Shown: positions 62,423 through 64,000 of the stretch, piece by piece
Layout: the number at the start of each line of letters is the position of its first letter
Position numbering within the stretch: the stretch's first letter is position 1
Assembly (NCBI GenBank): GCA_963745035.1
Contig: CAVUVW010000010.1
Coordinates: 140,632 to 204,631 of the forward strand
Direction of reading: 5' to 3'
Origin: an uncultured delta proteobacterium
Lineage (GTDB): Bacteria > Desulfobacterota > Binatia > UBA9968
DNA: 64,000 nt
The notes under the pieces: generated by a model
What the model was told of the DNA's origin: nothing
What the model saw: only the letters and a program-made list of their open reading frames with translations
The model's database searches: none
Program-made: the position numbers and the translations under genes

Positions 62423-62493
62423 ATGAGAATTAACGAAAATTTCTCTACCGAATTCTTGTCACCCCATTTCATTCATGTTATAGCACCGCAAGC

Positions 62494-63042
62494 ATGATTC
62501 CCAAGAAGTGTTTTTTCACCAAAGGGGTCGGCGTCCACAAAGAAAAATTGGCGTCGTTCGAGTTGGCTTTGCGTTCGGCAGGCTTGGCGTATTGCAATCT
62601 GGTCCTGGTTTCGAGTATCTATCCGCCAGGCTGCAAGCGCATCTCCAAGGAAGAAGGCATCAAGCTCCTGCGCCCCGGCGAAATCGTTTTTTGCGTGTAC
62701 GATCGCGAGAGCACCAACGAGCCCAACCGGTTGGTAGCTGCCTCGGTGGGCGTCGCGATCCCGGCGGATCAGGAGCAGCACGGCTACCTTTCCGAACATC
62801 ATTCCTTCGGCGAGACCGAAGAAAAGGCCGGCGAATACGCGGAAGATCTCGCCGCCAGCATGTTGGCGACCACCCTGGGCATCGAGTTCGACCCGGACAC
62901 CGCCTGGGACGAGCGCGAAAACCTTTTCAAAATGTCCGGCAAGATCGTCCGCACCTCGAACATCACCCAATCCGCCATCGGCAACAAAGACGGGCTGTGG
63001 ACCACCGTGTTTGCCGCGTGTGCCTTCGTCAACGACGACTAG
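62494..63042 (+). CDS. Pyruvoyl-dependent arginine decarboxylase
   Basis: 'SFELALR.AG', '[11 protein letters not shown]' (Ser-Ser self-cleavage site), 'GYLSEHH'. Confidence 0.92.
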   Translation: MIPKKCFFTKGVGVHKEKLASFELALRSAGLAYCNLVLVSSIYPPGCKRISKEEGIKLLRPGEIVFCVYDRESTNEPNRLVAASVGVAIPADQEQHGYLSEHHSFGETEEKAGEYAEDLAASMLATTLGIEFDPDTAWDERENLFKMSGKIVRTSNITQSAIGNKDGLWTTVFAACAFVNDD

Positions 63043-63044
63043 AA

Positions 63045-63172
63045 GCAGGCTGCTGAAAAAGACCCATAGGCTTCCTTGCGCTCGATTGCCTCGCGTCGAC
63101 GTACCGCCGATGTACGCCTCCGCTCAGCGATTTATCGCGCGCCTCGCCTCTGGATCTTTTTGAGCAGCCTGC
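63045..63172. mobile_element. MITE-like element, about 128 bp, with 17-bp terminal inverted repeats
   Basis: GCAGGCTGCTGAAAAAG ... CTTTTTGAGCAGCCTGC (1 mismatch); no ORF; partial second copy at 800-835. Confidence 0.65.
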
Positions 63173-63207
63173 AAGAGGCTATTTTGCCAGCCTGTTGGGG
63201 CGTGAAC

Positions 63208-63256
63208 TGGAGTAATCGGGTTCGTATCCAACAGTCCATCACTCCAATTACTCCAT
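63208..63256. repeat. Degenerate TGGAGTAA-family element
   Basis: TGGAGTAATCGG ... CCATCACTCCAATTACTCCAT; includes the tatC stop. Confidence 0.6.
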
Positions 63257-63993
63257 TCTGTTTTCCGCCCGATCCATGCGCCAGCGAGCCAGATAGGCGA
63301 CCCCGATGCTGAGCGCGTAAAGAAACGCGAGAGGCACCATCAAAAGAATCTGAGAGATCAGGTCCGGCGGCGTCAGCACGGCGGCCAGGAGCGCGATGGC
63401 GATCACCGCATAGCGGCTGTGGCGGAGCAAGAACCTGTGATCGATGACTCCCACCCGGGCGAGAAAAAACGCGAGCACCGGCAATTCGAACATCACGCCG
63501 AAAGCGAGCACGAGACGCGAGACCAGGGAGAGATAGTCGCCGATCTGCAGCAGGGGCTGGATGTCGATAACCTCATAGCGGTGGAGCAAAAATCCCAAGC
63601 CTTCCTGGATGACAACGAAATAGCAGAACGCCGACCCGGCGATAAAGAAAAACGAGCCGAACAGGACAAAGCTCCGGGTGTAGCGCTTTTCATGCTCGTA
63701 AAGTCCCGGCGCGATAAATTGCCAGAGCTGCCAGAGCAGCACCGGCGAGGAGACGATCACCGCCGCCGCAAAAGAGACTTTCATCTTCGTAAAGAAAGCC
63801 TCGGTGACCGCCGTGCCGATCAGTGTGAGCCCGTGGATCTGCAGCCGGCGGAGCGGGCGGCGAGCACGGCGAAGATCTGTTCGGCGACCGAAAAGCACGC
63901 CGCGAACGCGACGGCGAGCGCGAGAACGCTTTTGAGCAGGCGCGAACGGAGCTCGGCCAGATGGGACGTGAAGGGCATCTGGACGTCAGACAA
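63248..63993 (-). CDS. tatC: Twin-arginine translocase subunit TatC (indels at the 5' end)
   Basis: 'MPFTSHLAELRSRL', 'QLWQFIAPGLYEHEK', 'FELP', 'LTPPD'. Confidence 0.93.
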
Positions 63994-64000
63994 TTGCCCG

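Noticed and set aside
60607-62433. Apparent 608-aa biotin carboxylase-BCCP fusion ORF
   Set aside because: The joining segment is non-homologous out-of-frame sequence. The natural accC C-terminus ('[16 protein letters not shown]...') ends at TAG 61906 and BCCP has its own ATG at 61918.

Overview
GC-rich bacterial chromosomal region. The gene content resembles Candidatus Binatia / Desulfobacterota-like genomes, but this is inferred from gene style only. It is densely coding, and about 20 genes carry single-base indels, most likely uncorrected long-read errors. Housekeeping and metabolic genes include trpE/trpG with a Trp leader-peptide attenuator, an IclR regulator, an HdrD/FadF-like Fe-S protein, an archaeal-type GAPDH homolog, tldD/tldE, bioB, aas, pgeF, an NMT1-type ABC transporter, two ornithine cyclodeaminase-family genes, mltA, a UbiD homolog, a DUF748 protein, a three-gene acyl-CoA carboxylase, a pyruvoyl-dependent arginine decarboxylase and tatC. 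Three loci stand out. (1) A tightly coupled minus-strand operon runs aas -> CADD-like diiron oxidase apparently fused to an enolase-superfamily enzyme -> GH3 amide ligase -> membrane protein -> bioB. (2) A stand-alone mini-transcription unit at about 56.4 kb has a sigma70 promoter, an 18-nt stretch complementary to the 16S rRNA 3' end, a 13-codon CxxC ORF and a long hairpin. (3) A cluster of three RoxA/MauG-like di-heme c proteins sits with a GMC oxidoreductase. Several families of palindromic short-repeat intergenic elements are also present. I found no CRISPR array, rRNA, tRNA or transposase gene.
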